A stretch of 33,184 nt of DNA from an uncultured Candidatus Saccharibacteria bacterium (GCA_964388095.1 CAYLYL010000002.1:1323-34506); one strand, 5' to 3'. Shown: positions 1-9,600, numbered from the stretch's first letter. The notes: generated from the sequence alone by a model not told the origin. Numbers and translations are program-made.

Positions 1-1226
1 TAGTAGACAACTTCATCGTCGCCGTCGGAAACTCCCCCGCTGTCGTCGCGATAGATAACCGAATCTATAGTTGCGATGAAATGAGCCCGAGCCAGCTTAT
101 CTTCAGTAACATTTTGGAACCGGTAACTGTCTTCCTCGCCTGAAGCATCCCCGGACCAATGACTGAACTCATAACCGCTGTCCGGATCGGCTTCAATAAT
201 ATCGGAATCCTCGCCGTGAGCCACCACTTGCAGGTCCGGAACGACCGAACCTTCCCCTTCTTCCACTTCGACCTGCACCAAGTAATGTTCTTCGTCAACA
301 AAACAACAACAAACACCGGACGGTTTCGGTCGATGCTCGTGTTCCGCCCAGCGGATCTCGGCCCGATCGTTACCAAACACCGGATGTGATTTGGCATCCA
401 TCAGATAACGAACCGTAACCTCGTCCTGTTCGCTTACATCGTAACTTCCCTGCCACTCATTCTCTCCTACGGCGGTATCGCTATGCACTACCTCATCTTC
501 CACTTCCACTCTTACCTCCTGGTTGCCGTGATGACCTTCCTCCAGATAATAAGAGTAAGCAAGATGCATTTCATCCAGTCCCGAGACATTGGCGGTCTGC
601 TCGTAGTAGACAACTTCATCGTCGCCGTCGGAAACTCCCCCGCTGTCGTCGCGATAGACCTCGACCTGCCGGCAATACTCATCACCGCCATCTTCCCAAA
701 TTTCACCATGCTCTTGACATTCCTCCGGTGCTGTCCTACAGGTACCACCCGAATACCCTAACTCGCGGCAATGTACTTCACAGGCGGGTTCCGCCGCCCG
801 ACGCCAATCAGTAAGACGGGACACCAAACTTACAGACGGACGACCTTCATCGGTCGGTTCACACTCAACTTCCACCCGGCGAGAGTTCTCGCCAAGTTCC
901 GCTATATTAACCCGGCGGATAAAACCTTCTTGCTCGACCGGTTCATCGACCAAAACCCACTCGCCGTCCTCGGTCTGCAGACCATATTCACCGGCTTGTA
1001 ATTGATCGAAGTCATCATCACGTATGGCCCGAACCGCCTCCAAACCTTCCTCGGCCGAACTCAAAGCTTGATGATGCTCACCACTACGAAGCACTCCGTC
1101 CAATACAGGATTAATAAGGTCGATCACCACCACCGCCAATAAACTCAAAAGCGTGGTAGCCAATACCGCTTCTACCAAAATTATTCCGGCCGATCTTCTA
1201 TCGTTTGATTGCTTTTTATTCAACAT
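1..1226 (-). CDS. Prepilin-type (pseudopilin-like) protein with a large C-terminal extension; the 3' end runs off the window (more than 408 aa). It is absent from the ORF track because it has no stop in the window.
   Basis: I translated the minus strand by hand from the ATG at 1226-1224 and it stays open to position 1. The N-terminus is MLNKKQSNDRRSAG/IILVEAVLATTLL, a class III signal with Gly then Glu at +5 and a hydrophobic helix. The C-terminal part contains DPDSGYEFSHWSGDASGEEDSYRFQNVTEDKLARAHF, which resembles a divergent InlB B-repeat. The start overlaps the upstream pilin stop by 11 nt (ATGTTGAATAA). Confidence 0.75.
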   Translation of the reverse strand, partial: MLNKKQSNDRRSAGIILVEAVLATTLLSLLAVVVIDLINPVLDGVLRSGEHHQALSSAEEGLEAVRAIRDDDFDQLQAGEYGLQTEDGEWVLVDEPVEQEGFIRRVNIAELGENSRRVEVECEPTDEGRPSVSLVSRLTDWRRAAEPACEVHCRELGYSGGTCRTAPEECQEHGEIWEDGGDEYCRQVEVYRDDSGGVSDGDDEVVYYEQTANVSGLDEMHLAYSYYLEEGHHGNQEVRVEVEDEVVHSDTAVGENEWQGSYDVSEQDEVTVRYLMDAKSHPVFGNDRAEIRWAEHEHRPKPSGVCCCFVDEEHYLVQVEVEEGEGSVVPDLQVVAHGEDSDIIEADPDSGYEFSHWSGDASGEEDSYRFQNVTEDKLARAHFIATIDSVIYRDDSGGVSDGDDEVVY

Positions 1227-1719
1227 AAGAAACACCTTTTTCGTTTACCGTAATAGTACTTTCCCGGTCCCGAGAAAGATCAAGCTGAAAGGTGGTAGCT
1301 TGATCCGGCTCACCGTAAAAATGGCGAAAAACCACTTCCACTTCTTCTTCCACTATATTATCCGGGACCCCTAATAAAGTATCCAGATGTTGTTGCCGCT
1401 CGGCAAAACTTTCCCCCTGAAACAAAACCGATTGTTCCGGCGAAATATACACTCCCCAATCACCTCGCTCCGCTCCGTATAGCGAGCGAGAGCGCGCTTC
1501 CTGTAATGCCGTCATTACCGTATCCTCGGCTCGATTAAAACTAAAACGATAGTACATATTTACCGAAACCGGAACCGTAATACCGACGATCAAAGTAAGA
1601 AGCGCCAAGGTTAAAATTATCTCAACAAAGGTAAAACCTTCCCGGCCAAAAGCGCTCTCGTTTGGTATTGTTCGTTTTGCCAAATAATATCTCGATTTTC
1701 CCTTTTTCGCCCTCATCAT
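1216..1719 (-). CDS. Prepilin-type N-terminal cleavage/methylation domain protein (type IV pilin or pseudopilin)
   Basis: It carries the motif GREG/FTFVEIILTLALLTLIVGI, i.e. G-FTxxE followed by a hydrophobic helix. It sits directly downstream of pilC and pilB. Confidence 0.8.
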   Translation of the reverse strand: MMRAKKGKSRYYLAKRTIPNESAFGREGFTFVEIILTLALLTLIVGITVPVSVNMYYRFSFNRAEDTVMTALQEARSRSLYGAERGDWGVYISPEQSVLFQGESFAERQQHLDTLLGVPDNIVEEEVEVVFRHFYGEPDQATTFQLDLSRDRESTITVNEKGVSYVE

Positions 1720-1758
1720 AACTTTTTATTGGATTCAACTCCTTACCGGCAACCATCA

Positions 1759-2868
1759 TCAACCGATATCATCAACTATCCCGCTAGCTAAGAACTGTGG
1801 TATAGGATCAACACCCACACTCCGGTCCGTCTGCACATCCCCTACCATGTCATAGATAGGTAGAATTATCGCGGCCGCCAAAAAAACCACTATCACCCAA
1901 ACCACTATCAAAAGTATCGGTTCCAGGATCACGCTCAAATTCTTACTCATTATCTCCACCTTTTCCTCATAAGCTTGATGAATATTTTCCAAAGTTTCCG
2001 GCAAACGACCGGAACGCTCGCCGCCGCTTATCAACCCCTGAACAGTGTATGGTATCAAAAAACCGGTCCGAGCATAGTTGGTAAAGACGCGCTGAATAGG
2101 ATCACCTTGCTCCAGTCTGTCAGCCAAATGTCGATAAAATCTTTGATACATTCGGTATGAAGTGGCCTTCTCTAAAGACCGCAACGCTTCTACACTGGAA
2201 ATACCGGCATTCATCAGCGTACTCCACAAATAACCCATCCGAGCCACCTCCACCATCCTTATCAAACTGCGGAATAAAGGCGTGTGCATCATTATCCACT
2301 GCCCGATCACCTTAGTTGGTGAAATAATGAAGATCAGTGCCAACAAGACCGATGCAATTATCAAAAAAGCGGGAACAAACCACCAACCATGACTGCCCAA
2401 AAAATCACCCAAAGCTATAACCCATTGGGTCATCATAGGCAGATCAGCACCTAAACCGGCAAAAGCATTCGACAACTGAGGCAAAATAAACCATGATACG
2501 CCCCCGGCAATGATCAAAGTTATCCCTAAAATAAAAACCGGGTAGATCATTGCCGCCTGGATCTTGGACCGGAAATTGCGCTGCTTTCGTTGTTGTTGCG
2601 AAACAATGCGCAAATTCTCGGGCAATTGACCGGACTCTTCACCCAAACGGATCAATGATACGCTGTAAGTTGGGAACATTTTGGTCTGCTCGATCCCTTC
2701 CCACAACGGCCTTCCTTGGCTAACATATTCCTCTAATTTTTCAACCGCCTCTTTTAAACGCCGGCCGCGCAGATCTTTACCAAGAGTGGATAATGCTTCC
2801 TTTACTCCGGTACCGGCCTCTAAAAGCAAAGTTAGATTTTCTATAAAAGCATCTTTTTCTTTTTCCAT
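1759..2868 (-). CDS. pilC: Type II secretion system F family / type IV pilus platform protein PilC
   Basis: This ~370 aa polytopic protein has a duplicated GspF-like architecture (two soluble segments, each followed by TM helices). It lies 11-20 nt after pilB. The start is the ATG at 2868 or an alternative TTG at 2877. Confidence 0.8.
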   Translation of the reverse strand: MEKEKDAFIENLTLLLEAGTGVKEALSTLGKDLRGRRLKEAVEKLEEYVSQGRPLWEGIEQTKMFPTYSVSLIRLGEESGQLPENLRIVSQQQRKQRNFRSKIQAAMIYPVFILGITLIIAGGVSWFILPQLSNAFAGLGADLPMMTQWVIALGDFLGSHGWWFVPAFLIIASVLLALIFIISPTKVIGQWIMMHTPLFRSLIRMVEVARMGYLWSTLMNAGISSVEALRSLEKATSYRMYQRFYRHLADRLEQGDPIQRVFTNYARTGFLIPYTVQGLISGGERSGRLPETLENIHQAYEEKVEIMSKNLSVILEPILLIVVWVIVVFLAAAIILPIYDMVGDVQTDRSVGVDPIPQFLASGIVDDIG

Positions 2869-2888
2869 AGCTATCAACTTAGTTAAAC

Positions 2889-4574
2889 TCAGGAGACCAA
2901 TACTACCCGATGCACTTCCTCTAAAGTGGTCTCACCGCGTTGAGCTTTGCCTATTCCGTTATCATACATAAATTCAGTATTTTCCGCTCGTGCCAACTCC
3001 AAGATCTCTTCTTTGGACGGCGATTTTATTATCAATCTCCTCATTTCAGGAGTTATCTGGATCATCTCAAAAAGCGCACTTCTACCGCGATATCCGGTGA
3101 ATCCACAGGATTCACATCCCTTGCCCTGATACAAACGTACCGGGTCTTGATTGAAATAATTAACCGCTTCCGGATAAGACCTTCTGATCTCATCAAGTGA
3201 TACATCTATGCTATGACGACAATTACTGCACAAAGTTCTAACTAAGCGCTGAGCTATTATCACCTCCAGAGTAGATGCCAACAGGAACGGTTCCGCCCCC
3301 ATATCGATCAATCGCGGGACACCGGTGGCGGCGTCATTGGCGTGAAAAGTGGAAAGCAACAAATGGCCGGTCAAGGCGGCATTAACCGCTATTTGGTTGG
3401 TCTCCTGATCCCTGATCTCTCCCACTAAAATAATGTCAGGGTCCTGGCGCACAATAGAACGCAAACCCTTAGCGAAAGTGATATCTTTGCTTTCATTTAC
3501 CTGGATCTGATTGATGCCTTTGATGTGATATTCTACCGGATCCTCAATAGTGGTAATGTTAACCAAACTGGTATTCAACAACTTCATTACCGCATAGAGA
3601 GTAGTGGTTTTTCCCGAACCGGTCGGACCGGCCACCAGTATCATTCCGAAGGGCTTGCGTGCCGCTTGATTCAGGATCTTTTCTTGGTTTTCGGTCAAAC
3701 CCAACCCGGCAAAAGTAAGCTCCTTAATATATTGAGCCAAAAGACGCATACATACTTTTTCCCCGCCCAAAGTGGGAGCGATGGAAAGCCGAACATCTAT
3801 CTCCTCCGACCCGCAACTATACCGAAAAGCTCCGTCCTGCATCTTTTGATGGGTATCGATCCTGATATGAGCGTTCACCTTAATACGGTTGACTACCCGA
3901 GGGTAAAGAGTGTCTGGAATTTCGGCCACTTCATTCATTACTCCATCTTTCCGAAAACGCACTCGCACTCCCGCACCCGTCTCTTCAGGCGGTTCAAAAT
4001 GAACATCGGAAACCTTTTGCTCATAGGCCTCTTCCAGGATCTCCTCCAGGATCTCGGAGGCCTCGGGATCCTCCTTGTTCAATATCTCCTTCAGTCGCTC
4101 CGGTAACGGCGCCCGGTAACTACGAAGAGCGTCGGTTACTTCCTCCGGCAGCGAATAACAAACTGTTATCTCTTGGTCAAAATATTTGCTTAGCGCTTTT
4201 TTGATCTTCTTGCGGTTCTTTCTAACAGGAATATCAGTTGTTACCAGCACTTTATCGGACTCCTCCCGACAAAATATAACCCGGTATTTTTGAGCCACCT
4301 CTTGAGGGATCTTGGCGGTATAATCAGACGAAGGAGGGTTGTAGTTTAGATTGATATAGGGAAGTTTAAAAAACTCACCCACCGCCTGACCAAAAATATC
4401 ACGATTTATTAATCCCTGTTCGCTTAAATAAGAAAACAGCGGAACTCCTTGTTCTTCCGATTCTTCTTTGGCCTGCTCAAACTCTTCTTCGGTTAAATAA
4501 CCTTGAGTTACCAGTATCTCTTTGATATCCCTAATGTCCTCCGGTGAAAGGTTCTCTTGAAAAATAGAAGCCAT
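2889..4574 (-). CDS. pilB: Type IV pilus assembly / T2SS ATPase (PilB/GspE family)
   Basis: The 561 aa product has a Walker A motif (GPTGSGKTT), a GspE N-terminal domain-like leader, and a C-terminal tetracysteine motif (CSNCRHS...CESCGFTGYRGR). Confidence 0.92.
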   Translation of the reverse strand: MASIFQENLSPEDIRDIKEILVTQGYLTEEEFEQAKEESEEQGVPLFSYLSEQGLINRDIFGQAVGEFFKLPYINLNYNPPSSDYTAKIPQEVAQKYRVIFCREESDKVLVTTDIPVRKNRKKIKKALSKYFDQEITVCYSLPEEVTDALRSYRAPLPERLKEILNKEDPEASEILEEILEEAYEQKVSDVHFEPPEETGAGVRVRFRKDGVMNEVAEIPDTLYPRVVNRIKVNAHIRIDTHQKMQDGAFRYSCGSEEIDVRLSIAPTLGGEKVCMRLLAQYIKELTFAGLGLTENQEKILNQAARKPFGMILVAGPTGSGKTTTLYAVMKLLNTSLVNITTIEDPVEYHIKGINQIQVNESKDITFAKGLRSIVRQDPDIILVGEIRDQETNQIAVNAALTGHLLLSTFHANDAATGVPRLIDMGAEPFLLASTLEVIIAQRLVRTLCSNCRHSIDVSLDEIRRSYPEAVNYFNQDPVRLYQGKGCESCGFTGYRGRSALFEMIQITPEMRRLIIKSPSKEEILELARAENTEFMYDNGIGKAQRGETTLEEVHRVVLVS

Positions 4575-4578
4575 AGAC

Positions 4579-4962
4579 TCAAGTAACTGAATTGATGTAT
4601 TCGATCACTTCATTAATGGAAATATCCGATTTTACCAGGAATTTTTCAGCCCCCAATTCCCGAGCTTTGCGGCGATCTTCTTCCTGGCTGAGATTGGAAA
4701 GAACAAATATCCTAGCATTGAGGTCCATTTTGTTTAGCTCTTCCAAGAAAGCAAAACCGTCCATATAAGGCATCATTACATCCAAAAGTATCACATCAAA
4801 CGGCGATTGCTTTACTTTTTCCAACCCTTCGTGACCGTCGTGAGCCATTTCAACTTCATAACCACATTTACGAAGCTTGGTGGTCATAGCACGAGCCATA
4901 GGTTTCTCGTCTTCAACCACCAGTATCCTGGTAGTGCCGGAATTAAATTCCTCGTTATCCAT
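4579..4962 (-). CDS. Stand-alone response regulator receiver (CheY-like) protein
   Basis: The 127 aa product reads ILVVEDE...DVILLDVMMPYMDGF...K, the receiver acidic pocket with phospho-Asp context. It ends 4 nt upstream of pilB. Confidence 0.85.
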   Translation of the reverse strand: MDNEEFNSGTTRILVVEDEKPMARAMTTKLRKCGYEVEMAHDGHEGLEKVKQSPFDVILLDVMMPYMDGFAFLEELNKMDLNARIFVLSNLSQEEDRRKARELGAEKFLVKSDISINEVIEYINSVT

Positions 4963-5056
4963 AGTCAGTTAATTATATCATAACCGACAGTTGAAACAAT
5001 ACACAAAATAAACTGAAATACCCGATACAGCAGATCCTCCGGCTTCTCCCCTCCCT

Positions 5057-5108
5057 CAGAGGCCTGGCCTCTGGGTTTCTAGTTTTTTACAGAGGCCTGG
5101 CCTCTGGG
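5057..5108. repeat. Two direct copies of a 19-nt palindromic unit CAGAGGCCTGGCCTCTGGG (REP-like hairpins or tandem terminators)
   Basis: The copies lie at 5057-5075 and 5090-5108. Each folds as CAGAGGCC / GGCCTCTG. The first is followed by a T-run on the plus strand (GTTTCTAGTTTTTT). Confidence 0.7.
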
Positions 5109-5133
5109 ATTTACGATACTTTGAGGAAATAGA

Positions 5134-5415
5134 TCATTTGACGATCTCGGTTTCAAACTCCGGGAAGTAATGATTAACATCTTCCACGTCAAAACTGCGC
5201 ATTATGGAATCACGCGACTCTCTGGCAAGCAGAAACTGAAATACCCGATACAGCAGATCCTCCGGCATCTCCTCCTCGCCGGCCAGCCGACCATAAGTAT
5301 CGCGGGTTAAAGAAACCGAGTGTAATGTACTCTGATTGCCGTCCGTTACCTCCACCCTTAACACCCAACCGTCACGATCTTCGGCGGAAATATCTATTTT
5401 TACCTGTTCCTTCAT
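5134..5415 (-). CDS. Hypothetical small cytoplasmic protein (93 aa)
   Basis: A clean ATG ORF with non-repetitive composition. I recognise no motif in it. Confidence 0.55.
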   Translation of the reverse strand: MKEQVKIDISAEDRDGWVLRVEVTDGNQSTLHSVSLTRDTYGRLAGEEEMPEDLLYRVFQFLLARESRDSIMRSFDVEDVNHYFPEFETEIVK

Positions 5416-5451
5416 AGTAAAATAAATTTACTGATAATAAATGAAGTTCTG

Positions 5452-5703
5452 TTAAAGCAGTTTGCTTGCTATAACTTCACGATATTTAGCGTACAAGAAT
5501 GATATCATTAAAGCCAAAATTCCCAAACCAATACTGGAAATAATGCGATATATTTCACTTAATCCCCACAGGTCGAAAAAAACTTTCCCGGCAACGATCA
5601 ACAGCAACACCACTCCCCCGATACGCACAGCTTTATGCTTCAGCCAAAATCCGCCCAATACCAACCCCAAAGCGTAGAAACCCCACCAAATATTGATGGA
5701 CAA
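5452..5703 (-). CDS. Small 3-TM membrane protein resembling the C-terminal end of DUF2339-type membrane proteins; possibly a gene remnant
   Basis: It has a TTG start and an in-frame stop 9 codons upstream. The segment KVFFDLWGLSEIYRIISSIGLGILALMISFLY resembles a DUF2339 C-terminus from memory. Confidence 0.35.
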   Translation of the reverse strand: MSINIWWGFYALGLVLGGFWLKHKAVRIGGVVLLLIVAGKVFFDLWGLSEIYRIISSIGLGILALMISFLYAKYREVIASKLL

Positions 5704-5827
5704 GGAGCAAAAAGCTTTACCAGACAGTATTTACTCGGAATTGTGAGGTAATGAACTACCCCAGACTTTCACCTGATATTTATGCAGAATAAAAAAAATA
5801 TCCGAAACTTTGCACTCGAAGAAACTA

Positions 5828-7090
5828 TCAGGCTATTTTCACCGCTCCGAAATGTTTTTTTCCGCGCCCCAAAAGGACCAGGGTTTGTTTGATAACATCA
5901 CCCGGTCCTACCCGGTATTTTTCGGCACTAACCGGTATATGATCAACGGTAATAGAACCGCTGGAAATGAACTCCCGAGCCTCCCGTTTGGAACCGGCCA
6001 AGCCAACCTCTACCAAAAGATCAACCAGCGGCAGACCTTCTTGCAGTTCGGATTTGCTCTTATTTACGGTCGGTATCTCCTCGGCTATATCCTTTAACTG
6101 CCGAGGACGCAACTCGGACAGTTTACCGTCACCGAACAATGCCGCCGACACTTCGGCTACCGAACGGGTTTTCTCCTCGCCGTGGATCATGGAAGTAACT
6201 TCGGTGGCCAATGTTTTCTGCGCCGGCCGATCCTGAGGAGTTTTTTGCTGCTCCTTTTCCAGCTCGGCGATCCGCTCCAGCGGCAGAAAAGTATAATACT
6301 TGAGATAATCAATTACCCCCCGATCATCGGTGTTGAGCCAGAACTGATAAAACTGATAAGGTGAGGTTTTCTTGGGGTCCAGCCATACCGCCCCTCCTTC
6401 GCTCTTGCCGAATTTTTTCCCGGTTGCTTGATTGATGATCAAAGGCACTGTGAAACCGTAAACCTGCTCTCCGGTCTTGCGGCGAATAAAGTCCACTCCG
6501 GCCGAAACATTACCCCACTGATCAGCGCCCCCGATCTGAAGATCCACTCCATGATTTTGATACAGATGATAAAAGTCATAGGACTGGATCAGAGGATAAC
6601 TGAATTCGGTATAAGAAATACCCTGATCGGACTCCAGGCGATTTTTAATAAATTCTTTTTGAAGCAAAGAATTAACGGTAAAATGCTTGCCTACCTCGCG
6701 CAAATAATCGGTCATTTTTAGCTTTTTGAGCCAATCCCGATTGTTGACCACCGGAAAATCACGCTCATCAAAAAGCGACTTGATCTGCTTTATCAATCGG
6801 CGGGCATTCTGCTTGACCTCCTCTTCCTCCGCCAGCGGTCGTTCTTCGTTTTTTCCGGAGGGGTCGCCAATAACGGCGGTACCGCCGCCCACCAGTACGG
6901 TAACTTTATGTCCATAGCGCATAAAATGCCGAGCCGTTATCAACGGAACTATGTGTCCGATATGTAAAGAATCCCCGGTAGGATCTACACCGACATAAAG
7001 ATGACGTTTACTTTGAGTGATCTCCGACAGATCGGAAACGCTCATCTGTGCCACCAAACCGCGGGCTGTTAATTCTTCTTTTAGATCCAT
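5828..7090 (-). CDS. tyrS: Tyrosine--tRNA ligase
   Basis: It has the HIGH motif (DSLHIGHIVP), a KMSKS-type motif (KFGKS) and a C-terminal S4-like domain. The ATG at 7090 (MDLKEEL) is preferred over the upstream GTG at 7138. Confidence 0.93.
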   Translation of the reverse strand: MDLKEELTARGLVAQMSVSDLSEITQSKRHLYVGVDPTGDSLHIGHIVPLITARHFMRYGHKVTVLVGGGTAVIGDPSGKNEERPLAEEEEVKQNARRLIKQIKSLFDERDFPVVNNRDWLKKLKMTDYLREVGKHFTVNSLLQKEFIKNRLESDQGISYTEFSYPLIQSYDFYHLYQNHGVDLQIGGADQWGNVSAGVDFIRRKTGEQVYGFTVPLIINQATGKKFGKSEGGAVWLDPKKTSPYQFYQFWLNTDDRGVIDYLKYYTFLPLERIAELEKEQQKTPQDRPAQKTLATEVTSMIHGEEKTRSVAEVSAALFGDGKLSELRPRQLKDIAEEIPTVNKSKSELQEGLPLVDLLVEVGLAGSKREAREFISSGSITVDHIPVSAEKYRVGPGDVIKQTLVLLGRGKKHFGAVKIA

Positions 7091-7172
7091 AATGAATTTA
7101 TTACTAACAAATACTGCACCAACTTCCTTTATTAACACCTGTAACTATAGTAAAGTAAAAAACAGTTCCACA

Positions 7173-7577
7173 TCACTCTTCAAACCGCTCAACAAGCGGA
7201 CCTCGGCAATCAACTTCCTCCCCCGCCTCCAATGCCTGTAAGGTAAAAACAAGTTCCTGTCGATAATTAATAGAATTATCCAGCACACATTCCATACTTT
7301 CCCCTTCCCATTCCGGTGTAACAGAAGCTTCTTCGACCAGCAATTCAACCCGGCAATCAGCATCCCCCCATCCACGAACCGTTAGCTGAACTTGATCAAA
7401 ATTAGCCCCCATCTGATCGGTATACCGAGCCGCGGCACATTCAGCAAAATGCTCTTGAAAACATTGCTCATTATCGCAGTTTACCACAGCTCCTTCACCG
7501 TCTTGACCTCGCCCCAACAAAAAATAACCAACCACAGCCAATAACAATATTACAACCACTAAGAAAAAACGCTTCAT
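7173..7577 (-). CDS. Secreted Cys-rich hypothetical protein
   Basis: It has an N-terminal signal or anchor (MKRFFLVVVILLLAVVGYFLL) and 6 Cys in the mature part. Confidence 0.55.
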   Translation of the reverse strand: MKRFFLVVVILLLAVVGYFLLGRGQDGEGAVVNCDNEQCFQEHFAECAAARYTDQMGANFDQVQLTVRGWGDADCRVELLVEEASVTPEWEGESMECVLDNSINYRQELVFTLQALEAGEEVDCRGPLVERFEE

Positions 7578-7658
7578 ATTTTCTATATTTTAAAGTATAA
7601 CAAATTTTCCCTAACAACCAAATCAACCATAATTACATCAACCCGATCCGACATCTAC

Positions 7659-8555
7659 TCAGATACTGTCACTGTAAGAAACAGCCGGGTCACGAACTTG
7701 AGCGCGGAGCCGGGCCACGATAGCTCCCGCAAATAAAATAAAGAATAGAAAATACACCCATAACATCAATACCATGATGGAAGTTAAAGCATCATAGATC
7801 GACAGAGTGACTGAATAGGAAGCATAAACCGATATCAGCATATTAAGTGCCATCAGACACAACCCGGCGCCGGCGGCGCCTTGCAGCATACTGCTGTTAT
7901 CCAGTTTACCCATCGACATAAAGCGGTAAATAAGAAAGAATACTCCGGTAAAAACCACCCACCAAACACCGGCATTGACGATCTCCAAACCAAAACCCGA
8001 TATCAACTCTCTTTCCAATCCGCCTAAAAAACGAACTAAAAAAGATAAAATAAAATTGAAAGCCGCCAACAACAGCACCACCACCCCTACCAGAAAAGTA
8101 TAGATCACGGATAACAAATAACGTTTCAGGGTTCTGGTTATTTTATTACCGGAAAGCTCCAGCCGGAAAATGGTAAAAAAGGTTTGACGGGCCTGATTAA
8201 CCACCCCCACAACCGAAAAAAGCATTACCATCAAGGCAACCAGAGTGGCGAACCAATTACCCAGTAAGTCAAAAGCATTTTCCACGATCCCTGATATCAA
8301 ACCCTCTTCCATTCCGAAATGCTCGCCAAAGTAATCAGCTACCTGATGTTGGAAAGATTGTTGATCAACCACCAAACTACTGATCATTATCACAAAAACC
8401 AAAATGGGTGCCAGGGCCAGTAAGGCATAGAACGCTAAAGCCGCCGAACTTTCTTTGATCCGGCAAGCATTTATCTCGCCCCCAAAGGAGAAAAGAAATT
8501 CAGCGGCTTTATTATTCCGGATGTTGGATAATGTCTTGTTCATCTGAGTTCTCAT
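7659..8555 (-). CDS. YihY/BrkB (virulence factor BrkB) family membrane protein
   Basis: It has the ALAFYALLALAPILVF motif typical of YihY and about 6 TM helices. The start overlaps the upstream gene by 32-44 nt. Confidence 0.6.
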   Translation of the reverse strand: MRTQMNKTLSNIRNNKAAEFLFSFGGEINACRIKESSAALAFYALLALAPILVFVIMISSLVVDQQSFQHQVADYFGEHFGMEEGLISGIVENAFDLLGNWFATLVALMVMLFSVVGVVNQARQTFFTIFRLELSGNKITRTLKRYLLSVIYTFLVGVVVLLLAAFNFILSFLVRFLGGLERELISGFGLEIVNAGVWWVVFTGVFFLIYRFMSMGKLDNSSMLQGAAGAGLCLMALNMLISVYASYSVTLSIYDALTSIMVLMLWVYFLFFILFAGAIVARLRAQVRDPAVSYSDSI

Positions 8556-9510
8556 TCACCAGGGAACGGTCTATCAACTGGCTAATAACTACTGCCAATA
8601 TCACAAATACAGCATAAGCTGTCATTACCGGTTGAATATTGAGATCGAGATCGCGCAAGGTAATGAGCACCATCATAGCAAACCAGGAGACCATTGAAAC
8701 GGCCCCCAAAGCAAAAGCCAATCGTCGGGCGGCGTTGAGATCCTCCGATAAGGTAAAGTGCGGTTCATCAAATGAGATCTTGACAATAGCAGGACCGATC
8801 CAGAAATTCAGACACACCTCGGCCAGCACGTTGATCAGTGCTATTCCCAACAGACCAAGCAATATCGACTCTGCTACCATCGGTTCAGCCGCCGGAGTAT
8901 AAAGAAGAGCTAAGCCGAACATCAACACTGCGACCAATGCAACGGCAGTAACCTGAGCTATGACTTTTAGCACCTCATATTCTTCTTTCGAGATAATAAA
9001 ATCACTCAAGAACTTAAAGAACAGAATATTAGTAAGAGCCGCTCCCCCCACTCCAATAGCAATAGCAAAACCGAGTATTACCACCAAGCTAGCTTCAGCG
9101 GTCAGTAAAAAATCAGCCAGGTCGGCCACCGGCACCGACAGATACACCGCAATTAAAACCAGAAGATTAAGCACCGCCCCGCAAATACTCCAGGCAGCAC
9201 CCGGCTCACGAGTTACCGCTTGCACAAAAGCAAAATACAACGAAAACAAGAAAAAAGCGCCGGTTGTCAAAAGCAGTAAAAAGAATGCTTGGGCGCCGAG
9301 ATACTCCGGCCACCACAACAGGAAAAGACCCAGTACGGTAATCAGAGTATAATAACCCAAACTCCAATCGGAAAGACCGATCCCTAAGAATCGCGGGGTG
9401 CAGATCGAAGCTAAGATCGGAAACCGTTTCCGAAACTGCCAAGCGGCTAACATACCCATCAAGCCCAACAACGCCAGTACGCCAAAATAAATTGTAGGAT
9501 CATACACCAT
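8512..9510 (-). CDS. Polytopic membrane protein, hypothetical
   Basis: 332 aa with about 9-10 hydrophobic helices. I recognise no motif. Confidence 0.55.
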   Translation of the reverse strand: MVYDPTIYFGVLALLGLMGMLAAWQFRKRFPILASICTPRFLGIGLSDWSLGYYTLITVLGLFLLWWPEYLGAQAFFLLLLTTGAFFLFSLYFAFVQAVTREPGAAWSICGAVLNLLVLIAVYLSVPVADLADFLLTAEASLVVILGFAIAIGVGGAALTNILFFKFLSDFIISKEEYEVLKVIAQVTAVALVAVLMFGLALLYTPAAEPMVAESILLGLLGIALINVLAEVCLNFWIGPAIVKISFDEPHFTLSEDLNAARRLAFALGAVSMVSWFAMMVLITLRDLDLNIQPVMTAYAVFVILAVVISQLIDRSLVNENSDEQDIIQHPE

Positions 9511-9600
9511 AATAATAACTTCTATATATCCATGATAAAGACAAATTCCAATAAAGACTACGGGAAATTACAAACGATCGCCCTCCTTACGGTTATTTGA

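Noticed and set aside
1-658. The 55-nt exact direct repeat could be a CRISPR or IS terminal repeat.
   Set aside because: There are only two copies, 603 nt apart, and both are in frame within one continuous ORF encoding the same peptide. No cas or transposase genes are present.
65-1001. ORF-track entries 65-397 (-), 159-389 (+), 483-761 (+), 512-748 (-) and 771-1001 (+).
   Set aside because: All lie inside, and out of frame with, the continuous minus-strand pseudopilin ORF (1-1226). That ORF has a pilin signal and recognisable repeat motifs.
2889-2891. Possible alternative genetic code with UGA recoding, as in some candidate phyla.
   Set aside because: TGA terminates pilB at the expected C-terminus. 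All long ORFs close normally with standard stops at family-typical lengths.
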